Positions 36,901-49,385 of a DNA stretch of 64,000 nucleotides are shown here, piece by piece. The DNA comes from Vermamoeba vermiformis. Lineage: Eukaryota. Below the pieces are notes generated by a model, which was not told where the DNA came from, searched no databases, and saw only the letters and a program-made list of their open reading frames with translations. The first letter of the stretch is position 1; every line of letters begins with the position of its first letter. A program made the translations under genes and the position numbers. The stretch spans positions 186,001-250,000 of the forward strand of contig JBEWZL010000076.1 of assembly GCA_045837725.1 (NCBI GenBank), given 5' to 3'.

Positions 36901-38379
36901 GTGCGGCCTCTTTCTTTTTTTTGTTTTCATTTTATTTTTGTGCTGCTTACCGAACCGTTAATGATACTTTGCTTAATAATGAGCTATCCTCATTTAATGT
37001 TTTTTTTCATTTATTAACGTCTGATCTGGATCAGGTTGGGTTGAAGATCGCCATTCTGTGCAGAAGGCCTTGCTTGCAGCAGCAAACAAAGACCTCAAAA
37101 TTCGTCCCAACGACAGCTCTTTATTCGGAGATAGCGATTCAGAAGAGGAGAACGAAGCACAACGAACTGCTGCTGCCATTCGACAATCGTTCGGTACCGA
37201 CTTTTTGAACCCTGTTAAGGTAATTAATGCAGTCATAGCAAAGCTTGTAGTATAGGAGCTAACCTTTCGCGCTTAGTTTGATGAACAGAATTTCGAAGCT
37301 GAAGATCCGGCACTCCTGTACAATAAATCCTCGGATCTGATCATCAAGCCAACGCAACACCAAGATGTAGATATGGCTCAAGTACCCGAGACACCTACTA
37401 AGTTCCCCTTGGCCTCATCAGGTGCCTCAGTGCCGCCTCCATTTCCTACAGTTTCAGCGATTGACAATCCAGTCGTCAATGCTGCCGCTCCTGTTCAACC
37501 AAAAACAACGACAGTTAAAACTACTGAAGGCCTCGAGCTCGAAGGCATTCCTATGTCTATGGCTGAGATCTACAAGTTATCAAATCAAAGCCGCAAGCGA
37601 AAGAAGAAGAAGCAAAAGAAGGGCAAGGAAGAGACCGGCCAAGTCGATAATACTCCCGATTCGCCGTTTATGATGCAGGACGGGTACGCTAAATTTATTA
37701 ATATTATTTTCTTTATCTAACTGAACTCGTGTAGCGATCAAGAAATCGACATCCGCGCTAAAAAGAGACAAAAGATTAGCAACGATACTTCAGGTACTAT
37801 TAATATCCAAATATTAAGCAAATTGATGTAATTAACGTTCTTATTAGATGATAATGTGCACTTCATGAAAGAAATTGGCTGGATCGACTCGTCGAACAAT
37901 ATGTCGGTTGATACTAGCGCTAATAATAGCAGTGCTCCGTTGAGTGATTATAAGTCACCGATGACATCACCAACCAAGAAGAAATCAAAGGCTAATTTGA
38001 ATCAGAACTTCGTACCATTCGATTATAGCAAAGCTGATTTCGGTACGTTAATTAATTTCCTTATTTGGATTTGTTATAACAGGCCTAATACTCTTATTAA
38101 ATTCAGATGCACCACAACCGGCTCAACAACCACAACAACATTTCAGCCCTTATAAAGATTTCAAAGATCCGGGACGAGTACGTAGCAAGCATTATTCTGA
38201 GAATACTTTATTTCGATTAGTAATTAGAAGAAAAGGCTAATTTAATTTTAAAATTGCAGCAAGGAGGAAATAGAGGACATAAAGCAAATAAGCAGCGCTC
38301 CGGTGCTCGTAGCAGTAGTTCAGCGACTTATACCAAGAAAGGAAGTGGCGGATCTGGCGGTAATAGAAATTGGAAGTAA
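33950..38379 (+). CDS. RRP6: Exosome 3'-5' exonuclease RRP6 / EXOSC10 (PMC2NT + DEDDy exonuclease + HRDC)
   Basis: [89 protein letters not shown]. Confidence 0.95.
36176..36248 (+). ncRNA. Intronic box C/D snoRNA guiding LSU rRNA 2'-O-methylation
   Basis: Box C-like ATGATGC 36180-36186; guide TCAAGCTCAACAG 36196-36208 complementary to conserved LSU CUGUUGAGCUUGA; D' CTGA 36210-36213; D CTGA 36241-36244; lies in RRP6 intron 36131-36310. Confidence 0.8.
36838..36909 (+). tRNA. tRNA-Gln (anticodon TTG) inside RRP6 intron 36762-37034
   Basis: Acceptor stem GGCTGCA/TGCGGCC, anticodon arm TCGGA-TTTTGAT-TCCGA, T-arm CCCGG-TTCAATT-CCGGG, downstream T-run Pol III terminator. Confidence 0.95.
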
Positions 38380-38913
38380 ATAATATTACGTCCAGTTTTA
38401 ATACAAAAATATGTCATATATAGGCCAACAATAACAACGCGAAATAAATCTCAAATTTACAAATAACAATTTCTAAAAAAAAATGCGGAGATCTAGGCCA
38501 TCTATTAATCTCAACTCAAGAATATACATACGATATACTCCGTAGAAATTTACAATAACTAGAGTATAAATTCGCTATTACTAATTCAAGCGAGTGGATC
38601 CAGGATAATTGATGGAATAACTTTAGAATTCTGCCAGCGCAGAATAGAATTCAAGCCATCAAATAATCCCGTAAAATCACAATACATATATTTGTTCTAA
38701 ATATGGATCCGTTATAGTTTGGAATAACCAAATGCAGAAAACTTGGATCAGATCTTCCGCTTTCATTTTACAATTATTTATTTACAAATTCGCATATATT
38801 TACATGAACTATGCTACGATATATACACATGAAAATACATATATAAAGGAGTATTAGTATTTACAAATTCAGCGGTATATCAGCTGATCTACCGCTAGAA
38901 CTTCACGATTGAT

Positions 38914-40195
38914 TTAGTTGGTATTTGCCAAGATGAGCAATATACTAGCAAAATCAAATCGTTTGACTTGAGTCAATTTTGAGACAATCAAGTCGGGATT
39001 GGCGGATGTACCTTGCATGTTCAATTTTTCCAAGTTTTTCAATCCAACCAATACATCGATGGCCTCATCGCTGATCGATGGACAACACGATACATCTAAT
39101 GTTTGCAAGGTTTTCATTTGCGATAGGTGCTTAATGCCAGCGTCTGTAATCTTCTTGCAGTACGATAGATCTAGAATTTCCAAATTAGGAAACTGCGCAG
39201 CGATGAGCTCCAAGCCTGAAGTAGAGGCACGTAAGTCACAGTAACATTCATAGTATATTATTCAATCACACGCTAGTCGCATGGCACCACTCGATAAAAT
39301 TGCCAAATTGGAATTACAAAAGTTGCGCAAATTTTTTTCGGGGCTGAGAGAAGCTTCAAAATTGCGACATAATGATATTAGAACGTACCTTCATCAGTAA
39401 TTAATTGATGAGAGCTAGAGAGGTGGAGTTGCTTGAGTTTTGGGAGTGTTTTCAGGGATCTTATTCCATCGTTGGTAATCGATCTGCAATGAGACATGAA
39501 TAGCCGTTCTAAGCTTTGCAAGTTTGCCCAGTTCTTCAATGGTTCATCGGTGACAGTTTGGCAGAAGGAGACATCGAGTGAAGTAAGTTTTCTGAAATTT
39601 CCAATTCGCGAAAGAGCGGATGGCGAGATCTGATCACAAAGAGTCAAGACCAACTTGGATAAATACGGCCGTTCTGCGATGAGGTAGTCTACGACGGGAT
39701 CGGTAATGTTAAGGCAATGATAGAGATTGACGCAAGTCAACTTGTTCGGATTTGTTTTTGAAAACATGCGAATCACTTTCTCATTAGTTAAATGAGACCA
39801 TAAAGGACTGAAATTTAACTTCGTTTGACAAGACCATACTAATGTGCTCCATTGTTTGTCGACGGCTGATGCTCTAAGAAAGAAATTAATAACTGAGAAT
39901 TTTAATTTTCCTTTCTAATTTCGTCGATCGACGCGATCAGAATGGCAATTTCGAAGTAAACTTACTGAAACAAGTCCTTGATGGTAAGATAATTGAATAT
40001 AATCTCCAAGAGCTCTACAGGCAACGCTTCGAAGCGGTTCTTGAAAGTGTTTTGGCGGATGGCGCGTTGTTTGTCTAGAATTTCGAAAAAGCCGGAGAAC
40101 CTTTTGCGCGGACGTGCGCCAATATGCACAGTATAAGGCAATCGTCTTCTTCTTGTACTGTAGAGTAAACTTGAGACGTCGTGAGTTGTGGCCAT
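38914..40195 (-). CDS. F-box/leucine-rich-repeat protein (FBXL-type)
   Basis: F-box LPVELLEIIFNYL; cysteine-containing LRRs such as LDLSYCKKITDAGI and LDVSFCQTVTD. Confidence 0.88.
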
Positions 40196-40527
40196 CGTTT
40201 CGGGGTTTGAAAAATAATTTGCCAGTGAAAATGCAATGATGTGGACAGTCGCGTTAATCATTAATGAAAAATGGTAGATTGGTCATGGACCTATCACGTG
40301 GGATCCAATTTCAGCGACGTGCACGGAAGAATTATTGGAGTTTTCAAAGTTTTTCATTTTATATTTGTGGCTCCACTGAGTACTGTACTCATTATACGCC
40401 GTCGAACGGTCTACTTTATTACATTACTGTATTGTTTTAGGCTGGCTCTCCAAAGTACCAGAGTCCGCGGAAGTCACGTGCTTCGTGTTACTGCTTGGTT
40501 TTTTCTTTTCAAACAATATTATTTGCA

Positions 40528-41733
40528 ATGATGGAGCATGGGCACATCAAATTCGTAGTGGTTGGTGACGCACAGGTCGGCAAGGTAAGTTTTGAGGGTG
40601 ATCTGGCGAGATTCGTTTAATTTTAATAATTTGTAATTACAACAATTCTTTTAGTCGGCTTTTCTTACTACCTGGGCATTCGGTAGCTATCCGCGTATGT
40701 GAACACAAATCACAGAATTCAACATTATCGTTAATTTGATTTTTAAATTGCAGACGAATACATCACGCGCGTTTTCAGCAGTAAGTACTATACTACTTAA
40801 TTAAAAATTAAATAGAAATATTCACAATTTTTTTGAGGCTGGTCTTGTTTTTGGGAATCGAGCTCTGGCCGCGGATACACTGCGACGCCTTGGGACACTG
40901 CTGGTATGCTAATAGACTAGACTTGTCGTTAAAATATTGGGGCTGATATACTCCAATTATAGGAGGGGAAGATTATCGTAAATTGAATACACTAAGGTTG
41001 GAGATCCCGATTATTTTTGTCCTTAAGATTTATAGACAAACTATTAGTACTATATATGTCGCTATTTATAATCGAGATTTCCTTAATAATGTTTATTTAA
41101 AGCTACCCACAAACCGATCTATTCATCTACACGTACTCAGTAGCAGATCTAGCTTCCTTCGAGCACGTTACGGACGTATGTTGACTTAATAATCGGTGAA
41201 CTATCATATTAAAAAGGTTTTATTATCAGTGGGTAAAAGAGACTAGACAACATTGTCCAGATGCGCTCTGCGTCTTGTTTGCCCTAAAAAGAGATATGCG
41301 AGACAATCTTAAGCCTGGCGATAACTCGGACCATTTTGTTACATCTAATCAAGTAAGTATACAATACTAAATAAGTGTATGCTTAAAACATCACTAATAA
41401 CATTTCAATAGGGAAAAGAACTTGCCGCTATAATCGGAGCAAAAGCGTTTTTCGAGGTACTTTATAATACGCGATACATAGTGTAATGACTTGTTTGTCA
41501 TATAGCTATCAGCGTTGACGGATCCAAGTGAAACTCTTAACGATGCAATGAAACAATCGTTTACCATTGTAGCCAATCGTCTCGAGAATACGAAACCAAT
41601 AGAGGACAGTGATAACGAATTAGTTACTAATGTGCCGCAAGCAAATGAAAAGAGAGGTAAGTGCAAGTAAGGGCCGATAGGCCTATCCGGATTGACTAAC
41701 GATAGATTCTTAGAAAGGTGCTCCGTACAGTGA
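40528..41733 (+). CDS. Divergent Rho/Rac-family small GTPase, multi-exon, CaaX terminus
   Basis: IKFVVVGDAQVGKS, EYITRVFS, WDTAGGEDY..L..LSYPQTD, LKRD, ELSA, C-terminal CSVQ. Confidence 0.85.
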
Positions 41734-42184
41734 AAATTTAGTGTTCGCCACGCATTTGTACATTTGTAATAGTATTATGTAATATAACAGCCTCAAAAAC
41801 TTGGGTTCGAATTCATTTTTGCACAACAAAGTTCAATCTGAGACAACTCGACGAAACTTCTTATTTTGATGCTCGGACTACGAGCCACAATATTACGAAA
41901 TATCAGCACATGTGAATTATCTCTACATTTGTGTATTTCGAATACTGTGTAACGACTAATTGGATAGATCCATCCGGGAGACTTGATCTCGATGATTAAC
42001 GAGGTTTAGTACTTGAGCGTATTATTATTTTATTGGTGCGTACACACCGTTATGTTAAATAATAAAATTTATTTCTGTGACCGTTTCAGTTGACGTTGTT
42101 TGACGAAAAGTTGCAAAATCAAAATTCGTTTGCTAGTTTACTTTTCATTGTATCACCATACAACAACCACTATACTCTATAAAT

Positions 42185-45066
42185 ATGTCTAAGCAGACCA
42201 GAAAAGTCTACGTCATCGGTGTTGGCATGACCAAGTTCGAAAAGCCTGGCGCTCGATCTTGGGACTACCCTGATATGGCCAAGGAGGCTGGTACTAAGGC
42301 CATGCTCGATGCTGGTGTTAAGTACACTGATATTGAGCAAGCTGCTGTTGGTTACGTTTATGGTAAGCAAGATCCAGATCTTTGCCAATTCAGTTGCCGT
42401 TATTAAGAATATTCTATTAAATTATTTAACGCGATCAAATATTTCTCCTACGCACAAAATTAAACATTTTATTAAATGCTGCTTATTTCTAAATTTTGTT
42501 GCCTACACAAATTGAGATCAAAGCGGATTTTGCTTTCAAAGCTTGTACCGCTTTGCTTTCGAGCTCATAATTCGTAAAACAATATATTAGTACCGCGTCA
42601 CTAATGACAATACTTAGGTGATTCAACTTGCGGCCAAAGAGCACTTTACGAGTTGGGATTGACCGGCATCCCAGTTTACAATGTGAACAACAACTGCTCT
42701 ACTGGTTCAACTGCCTTAGTTAGTACGTAATTTACCATTAATACTAGCGATTTAAACCATTCGTTCAATTTAACGAACTCGATCACAACCTTGATCCGTA
42801 ATCCGAAGTTGTGTATTAATAGTTTTTACTTCAGTGGCCAAGCAATTTATCGAAGGTGGTCTCGCTGAATGCGTCTTGGCTTTGGGTTTTGAGAAGGTAA
42901 GTCGCCTTTATTATACGAATCACATTTATTTTTTCTAACGCGATCGAAACTTAGATGCAACGTGGTTCTTTGGTTGCTCAATATGCTGATCGTACCAACC
43001 CCTTGGGCAAGCACCTTGAAGTCATGAACAACAAGCGTGGTATCACTAAGGTAAGCCTAAAATTATTTATTGCTCTCGTGTAACGTACCGGATCTTGCTT
43101 ACTTACACATCTAATCGCACAAATATTGATTAATATTCAGAGTATAAACGATTGTATCTTATTCGCTAGTCTAATTCTTTATTTGACTAGGCTCCCTTCG
43201 CTCCTCAAATGTTCGGTAATGCCGGAGTTGAACACATGGAGAAGTACGGCACCACTCAAGAACAGCTCGCTAAAGTTGCTTGGAAGAACCACAAGCACAG
43301 CAAGAACAACCCTTACGCTCAGTTCAGGGAAGAGTACTCCATGGAACAGATCTTGAAGTCTCCTCAAGTCTTCGGTCCTTTGACTAAGTTGCAATGCTGC
43401 CCTACGGTAAGTATAATATAGAATAGCGCTATATGCACTATATTTCTATCGATATCAAATCATAAAAGCTGCGTTTTCCGTTACAAATTTCCAATGTTTT
43501 TAGTACAACTTATGCGCTAATAATACAACGATGCATAACAACCTAGTTATATTAACAATAATAATTCAATTGAATTGTGAATACAGCATTAATTCGTTTC
43601 GTGTTAGTCCGAAGGTGCTGCCGCCGCTGTTTTGGCCTCTGAAGCCTTCGTCAAGTCACACGGACTCGAGCACCAAGCTGTGGAGATTGCAGCCATGGCT
43701 CTCACCACCGACACTAACGCTAGCTTCCAAGGCTCTATGATGGACATGGTCGGCTATCAAATGTCCAAGCTCGCTGCTGACAAGTGCTACAAAGCCACTG
43801 GTTTGACTCCCAATGACGTTCAAGTTGTTGAATTGCACGACTGCTTCTCTGCCAACGAGGTATGTACTCTTCTTGCAATAACACTGCCATAATAGTTTTT
43901 TGCTTGGTGCGGATCTGTTAAACCAGATCCTGATCTTCTACTCAGGCTCATTTTCTGACCAAATGTGAATGTATTTCTAATTTATTTATAATAATAGTTG
44001 ATCAACTACGAAGCTTTGGGCTTGTGTCCTCCTGGTCAAGCTGGCAAGTTCATCGATCAGGGTCAATTCACTTACGGTGGCAAATACGTCGTTAACCCTA
44101 GCGGTGGTTTGATCTCTAAGGGTCACCCTCTCGGTGCTACTGGTCTCGCTCAATGCGCTGAGATTTGCTGGCAGGTAAGTCGCGATCCAAACTCGATCTG
44201 CATCCGATCTCGCTCAGAAAAATTCTTTAATGATTTTCTTCGGTTCAAATCATAGTGCACTATCAAATAACATTATTATAAGCGACTTAATATTTTTTCC
44301 GATTTTTTCTAATTATTTAAATTTCTCAGTTGCGCCAAATGGCCACCAATCGTCAAATCCCTAACTGCAAGGTTGGTTTGCAACACAACATTGGTCTCGG
44401 AGGTGCTGCCGTCGTTGGTATCTACAGACTTGGCTTCCCGGAGAAGTTCAAGCCGTTCCCCAAGGACAAGCCCAACCCCGCGATCGACTCTGATACTCTC
44501 AAGTTGCACGCCCCCGCGCCTGCTGCTGCTGGCAATGCAGCTGACTTGAAGAGCGCTAAAGTGTTCGAAGGCTTGAAGGCTAAAATTGCTGCTGATCCCA
44601 CATTAGTCTCCAAGGTGAACGCCGTTTACAAATTTGACGTGAAGGGTCCTAATGGCGGTATCACTTCTTGGATTGTTGACTTGAAGAACGGATCTGGCTC
44701 CGTCACTCAAGTAAGTATATAAGCATTAGCATTACTAGTATTGTTATTATTGAGTATGAAGAGAAAATGGGATTTGATAATTAATGATTTAATTGGTTTT
44801 CAACCAATCGTTACTACTGACTCATAATAATTTACCATATTACAATCATAATAAGATTTAAGTCGTGATATTAACACTCGTTTCGAAAGGGTGGCAACAC
44901 TGCTGCGGATTTGACTTTGACCATGGCAGATGACGACTTGGTTGCTTTGATGACTGGCAAGTTGGAGGCTCAAATGGCTTTTGTTCAAGGAAAGTTGAAG
45001 ATGAACGGTAACATGAAGTTCGCTATGAAGCTTGGCGATGTTATCAAGTCTGGATCCAAGCTCTAA
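42185..45066 (+). CDS. SCP2: Sterol carrier protein X (SCP2-type thiolase + SCP2 domain), peroxisomal SKL terminus
   Basis: [65 protein letters not shown]2 domain ending in SKL. Confidence 0.95.
44744..44830 (+). ncRNA. Candidate intronic box C/D snoRNA (target not identified)
   Basis: Box C variant ATGAAGA 44756-44762, D box CTGA 44817-44820, terminal stem TTATTATTGAG/CTCATAATAA; lies in the last, unusually long SCPx intron. Confidence 0.55.
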
Positions 45067-45321
45067 ATCCGCATCCGGATCTAAAACTTTTTTTGTTTGT
45101 ATTTATCTTGACAATAAACGCGATTTATTGTATGTACACGATGCGCAGCAATGATTTGCGGCAAATTTATATGTCGATTGAATGATTCAATGTTCGTTGA
45201 ACAGCCATCCGGATGGTATCTAATAATCGCTGATCCAGTCTTTCATCTTCGAGTAATTTAACAAAAACAGGAACAACAAATGAGTGCGCAAGAGCGAGCG
45301 AGGACTAGATAAGATTAAACG

Positions 45322-46345
45322 TTAATAACAGCTGGTTTTCAACTCGAGTTGATCCGTGTCCTTGGTGCACCGATTTTTCTACTAGATGCATAGTTATATG
45401 CTTACCACTACTAATCCGATGTGAGTGAGGTCTTCTTCTACATCTTCGGGGATTGCTGACTCTTTCAATGCTAAATTGAAGTTTTGCATCATTCGTACAA
45501 CCATGCTTAAGTCACCGGTGAAGTAAAAGAATCCTTGCTGCATTTTAGCTCTATAAATCTCTTATGTAAGTATGTAATGGTAATTTAATAGTATTATGGA
45601 ACTTACTTGGTAAACGGATCGATTTCTTCGATCGAATCCAAGTTGTTTAATTGATCGGTAAGAGATTGACCTGGATTGTTCTTCACATCATTTGCTTTAG
45701 ATAGAATATGCCATAATGCAACAGATTCATTGAGGAAGTCTAATTTTGAAGGATCTTCGCGCACAATACTTTGAATTAAAGGCAACGTGTGAGTGCGCAC
45801 GAGTTCAGATTCAACGAATGCGGCAACAAGCATGCCAACAAACGCGTAGTGGCAGAAATCTTGGACTGTATGATATTCTGAAGATTCTAATAACTCGTGG
45901 ATGCTATCAAACAGTTTTCTATGCTCTCCGCCTTTTTCAGGATGCGTGTAATATTTTTCGATCCAAATGAAATGCTCTAAAAATGCCAAAATTAATTTTA
46001 AAATTATTCACTCGTGTTATTATACATAATGATCGACAAAATATATCGTGAAATCACTTTGCAAAGTGAAAAATATTTACCATCCATTTTTTCCATCACT
46101 TTCGAACTTTCTTCGGACCATCCAGCGTCTTTTAAGGCATTATCATCCGAGTAGAATCGCTTTTGAATATTTTTAGACATAAATAAGGTAGTTTTAGCAT
46201 CGCAACAAAAGCTCAGCTTCGATAGCTTTGTAGATCTGTTTAAAGCAGTGACAGAGCATTTGTTGAGTACAGTAACATATGATCTTGCTTGAATGCTATT
46301 GGCAGTTCGTTTTGATACTGCTCTGAGGAGTGTTCTTGCGAGCAT
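45322..46345 (-). CDS. Uncharacterised protein with a mitochondrial-type presequence (3' end uncertain)
   Basis: Arg/Ser-rich, acid-free N-terminus MLARTLLRAVSKRTANSIQARSY; spliced exons. Confidence 0.65.
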
Positions 46346-46469
46346 TTTTGCGGTGTCAAATACTCTCGCCTGAGATCAATGACTAAAACACAAGTCATCT
46401 TATTTTTCACCAATAATTATGCTTACAAGCACTCACCTAGTAATATTTGAGTATTAACAAAATAGAAGA

Positions 46470-49268
46470 ATGGAGCGGGAATTGGGTGAAGCAATATCAA
46501 CGGACGATCTTTTATTAATTTTGAAAAATAATGCCGACAAAATTCACGGCTTAAATCTATCTGATGGTATATTAGAGGTAATTATAATAATAATATTGAT
46601 AGCGATAATTATTGAATAATTCTATTTTGTGCTAGGCTATCAAACGAGACAATTGGAACACAGCAAAAGATTTAGCAATGGTGTTTGTATTATGTCAACG
46701 TCCCGATTGGCATTGGGATAAACTTATGCAAAGCGAAGAAGTCAAAATAGCACTTGCAGGATACGAAAAGACGATCGGACCTTTTTCGTGGTTGCAGATC
46801 TTTGGTAAGTTTGGGCAATCATTATAGATAATTATTCGTATTTAACAAATTCGGTATATTTATATTAATTCTATTTAATATTTCTAAATTGCATTGATTT
46901 CCAATTCCAGTTCCACGCCGTTCTAGCGCCAAAGAAGTAGAGCTAGCCAAAGCATTGCTCGAAGCTAACAAAATAACATTTTGGGAGCTATACGAGACTT
47001 CAATTAGTGGCACGGCGTTAACTTGGCTAGAGCTGCTGCCGATCCGTCGGGAAGAGTCTATTGCAACAACAGTGTACAAGATAATAACCAACGAAAAGAT
47101 GAAAAGGCAGCACCGCATTCGATTAATGCAGTTATTAGCTGAAAAAAGCGCATTATCGTTAGCACCGATTGGTCCCGAAAATCTTTCACCACCACTTTTG
47201 TGCATCAAATACGGCATTCTATATTTGATTCCGTTCTTCAAAAATCTACCAGGGTTCGACAAAGGCAAGTATAACACGATGATAAGCGAGTCCTAATTAT
47301 ACGATGTATTAGTGCAAAGTCCTGAAGGCTACAACTTCAACATCCACCTCGGTTTGAAGTACCAAAACGACTTTTTTAGGATGAGAGATTTCACTGTCGA
47401 AGATTTTAAAGTTATTATAACGAGGTAAATTGCGTTCATGAATCGTGCATTCAATGCCGGCATTCGTTGTACAAAAAAATCATTCTTAATGCTCGTTTTA
47501 TTCGGATCTGATCAAATCGTTTTAGGTGTCAGACCAATGCTACCGCTTCACTAATGAGCATGAACATGTTTTCACACGGGACAGACGCCCGCCCGCCATG
47601 TAATTACTACGCAATTTTTCGCTGCGATCTGACCACTGACCACTCTCATTTTTAGCCAACATTTACCAAGCATTGCGTGAGCTTTATATAGAGAGAAGAC
47701 TTGATTATAGTATTATTAGAGAGCCACAAAAACTCTTGGGACCTTATGGCGCCCGGTTTTTTTATCAATTAGGCGCGTATTTTGACGAGAGCAGTGATTA
47801 TCGAAAAGCGGATGCACGTAAGTTTTTGTGCCCCTTGATATGATTTATATAGTGTATTAATATGCTGTTATACAGAGTACAAAAAACTGATAGCGAAGCA
47901 GGCTATACTGGCACACAACAAAAAATTTAATTTCGAAGAATTGCCGATAGAAATTTTAGAGTTGATAGTGGCAAAATTGGATATTTTGAGCCAGCAAAGA
48001 TTATTTTTGAGCTCAAAATATTTCCATGACGTACAGACGAAATTTTCCAGAGCATTTTACCTCACACAGATGAAAGACCAGTTTCAAGTCAACTTTAGTC
48101 TCTTGACTGCAAATGAAGCTGCTCAAAATATTGATTGGCATCAAGAATACAATAGAAATTGCAGGTAACCAATACTAATGGCTAGTATCATTTTAATAAT
48201 ATTCCTGAAGGCAATATCTTGGTTACAGTTTACATCATAAGGAGCCAAAGCAGTTAGAATACAAATCTACATCTGTCTTCGCTTTTTACCCCCGAATTTT
48301 CGATGATAATTGGCTGATGATGGATGACTTGAGTACAATGGCACTTTGGGACTCTCATAATCACAAATTGTTTGAATTTGGTGGCTACAATAGCAATCCA
48401 GCTGTTAATTTTTTGGAATCTAATGTTGGCAAGTTACCAAAGATTGTGAAGGCAACGAAGAATAAGCTGGCTGTTATGGAGTTAAATTGCAACCAAACAA
48501 TTTCAACAAAAGAAGTTGCTACGCCATGGGAAGGTGATTCTGAATATGTTGAAGTAGTTTCTTGCAATTCAATTATTGCTGGGAGTAAGTTTGTTCAAGA
48601 CATATTAAGTGCACTAAAGCACATGATTTAGAGAAATTTCTTTGTTTCTAATCGATGATTGGGATTGGGCTTGGTCGGCTGTATGAAATTTCTTTGAATT
48701 TAACAATGACCCTTTTGTGGATTTTTAATGTAATTTAATTTTACCTTATTTAGAGCAACCAGTGCAACTTCATCTTGAAACAGGCCATGTGATGCAAACG
48801 ATTGATCTTTCAGCAGTGAAAAAAGCAGTCCATAACAAACTGACACGATTGACTTTATTTGACTCGTTTAATGGCATTCAATTTGGTGTAGTTTTAATGG
48901 ATAAGAACTTCAATACTATACACCAATATGAACAGAAACAATTCATCACAAATATCAATTGGATCAATCAAGAGCTATTTATAGTTCAAGGCCATGATGG
49001 TTTTGAAGTTTTTGACATCAGAAAAATTGACAGACCAATGACACAATTCACGAAAAGTCATTTTGGCGAAACAATTTCAGTTCATAGAGGAGGATATCAT
49101 GTGATTAGTTCTTTGAATGAATTAGCGTGTGTTTGGGACTTGAGTTCTGGATCTTGGACTCGTGTCATTCATACACCATACACAATCATGGAAAATAATT
49201 CAAGGTGTAGCATTAGCTTTAAGACGCCTCCACATATTAGGTTCTGTGCGCTGGATTTCAAAATTTAG
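46470..49268 (+). CDS. Protein with helical N-terminal region, internal F-box and C-terminal WD40-like beta region; probable GC-AG intron 47265-47312
   Basis: Spliced frame runs into FEELPIEILELIVAKLDILSQQRLFLSSKYF; WD-like FEVFDIR and ACVWDL. Confidence 0.65.
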
Positions 49269-49385
49269 TATTTTCGTAGAAATAAACTCATGCGAACGAA
49301 GGCAAAAATTTTAATTTCATTTATTGATTAATTTTCTATACATTTCTATAATTACATTTATAAAGTCACATTACTAGTGAATAGC

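Noticed and set aside
36753-37208. 151-aa ORF in the track
   Set aside because: It runs through the RRP6 intron, the tRNA and a T-run, so it is a chance frame.
42512-42582. Hairpin CAAAGCGG/CCGCTTTG followed by ACA in an SCPx intron (possible H/ACA RNA)
   Set aside because: Single hairpin with no clear H box or pseudouridylation pocket; not supportable by eye.
46822-47277. 151-aa minus-strand ORF
   Set aside because: Antisense to an exon and intron of the 46470-49268 gene.
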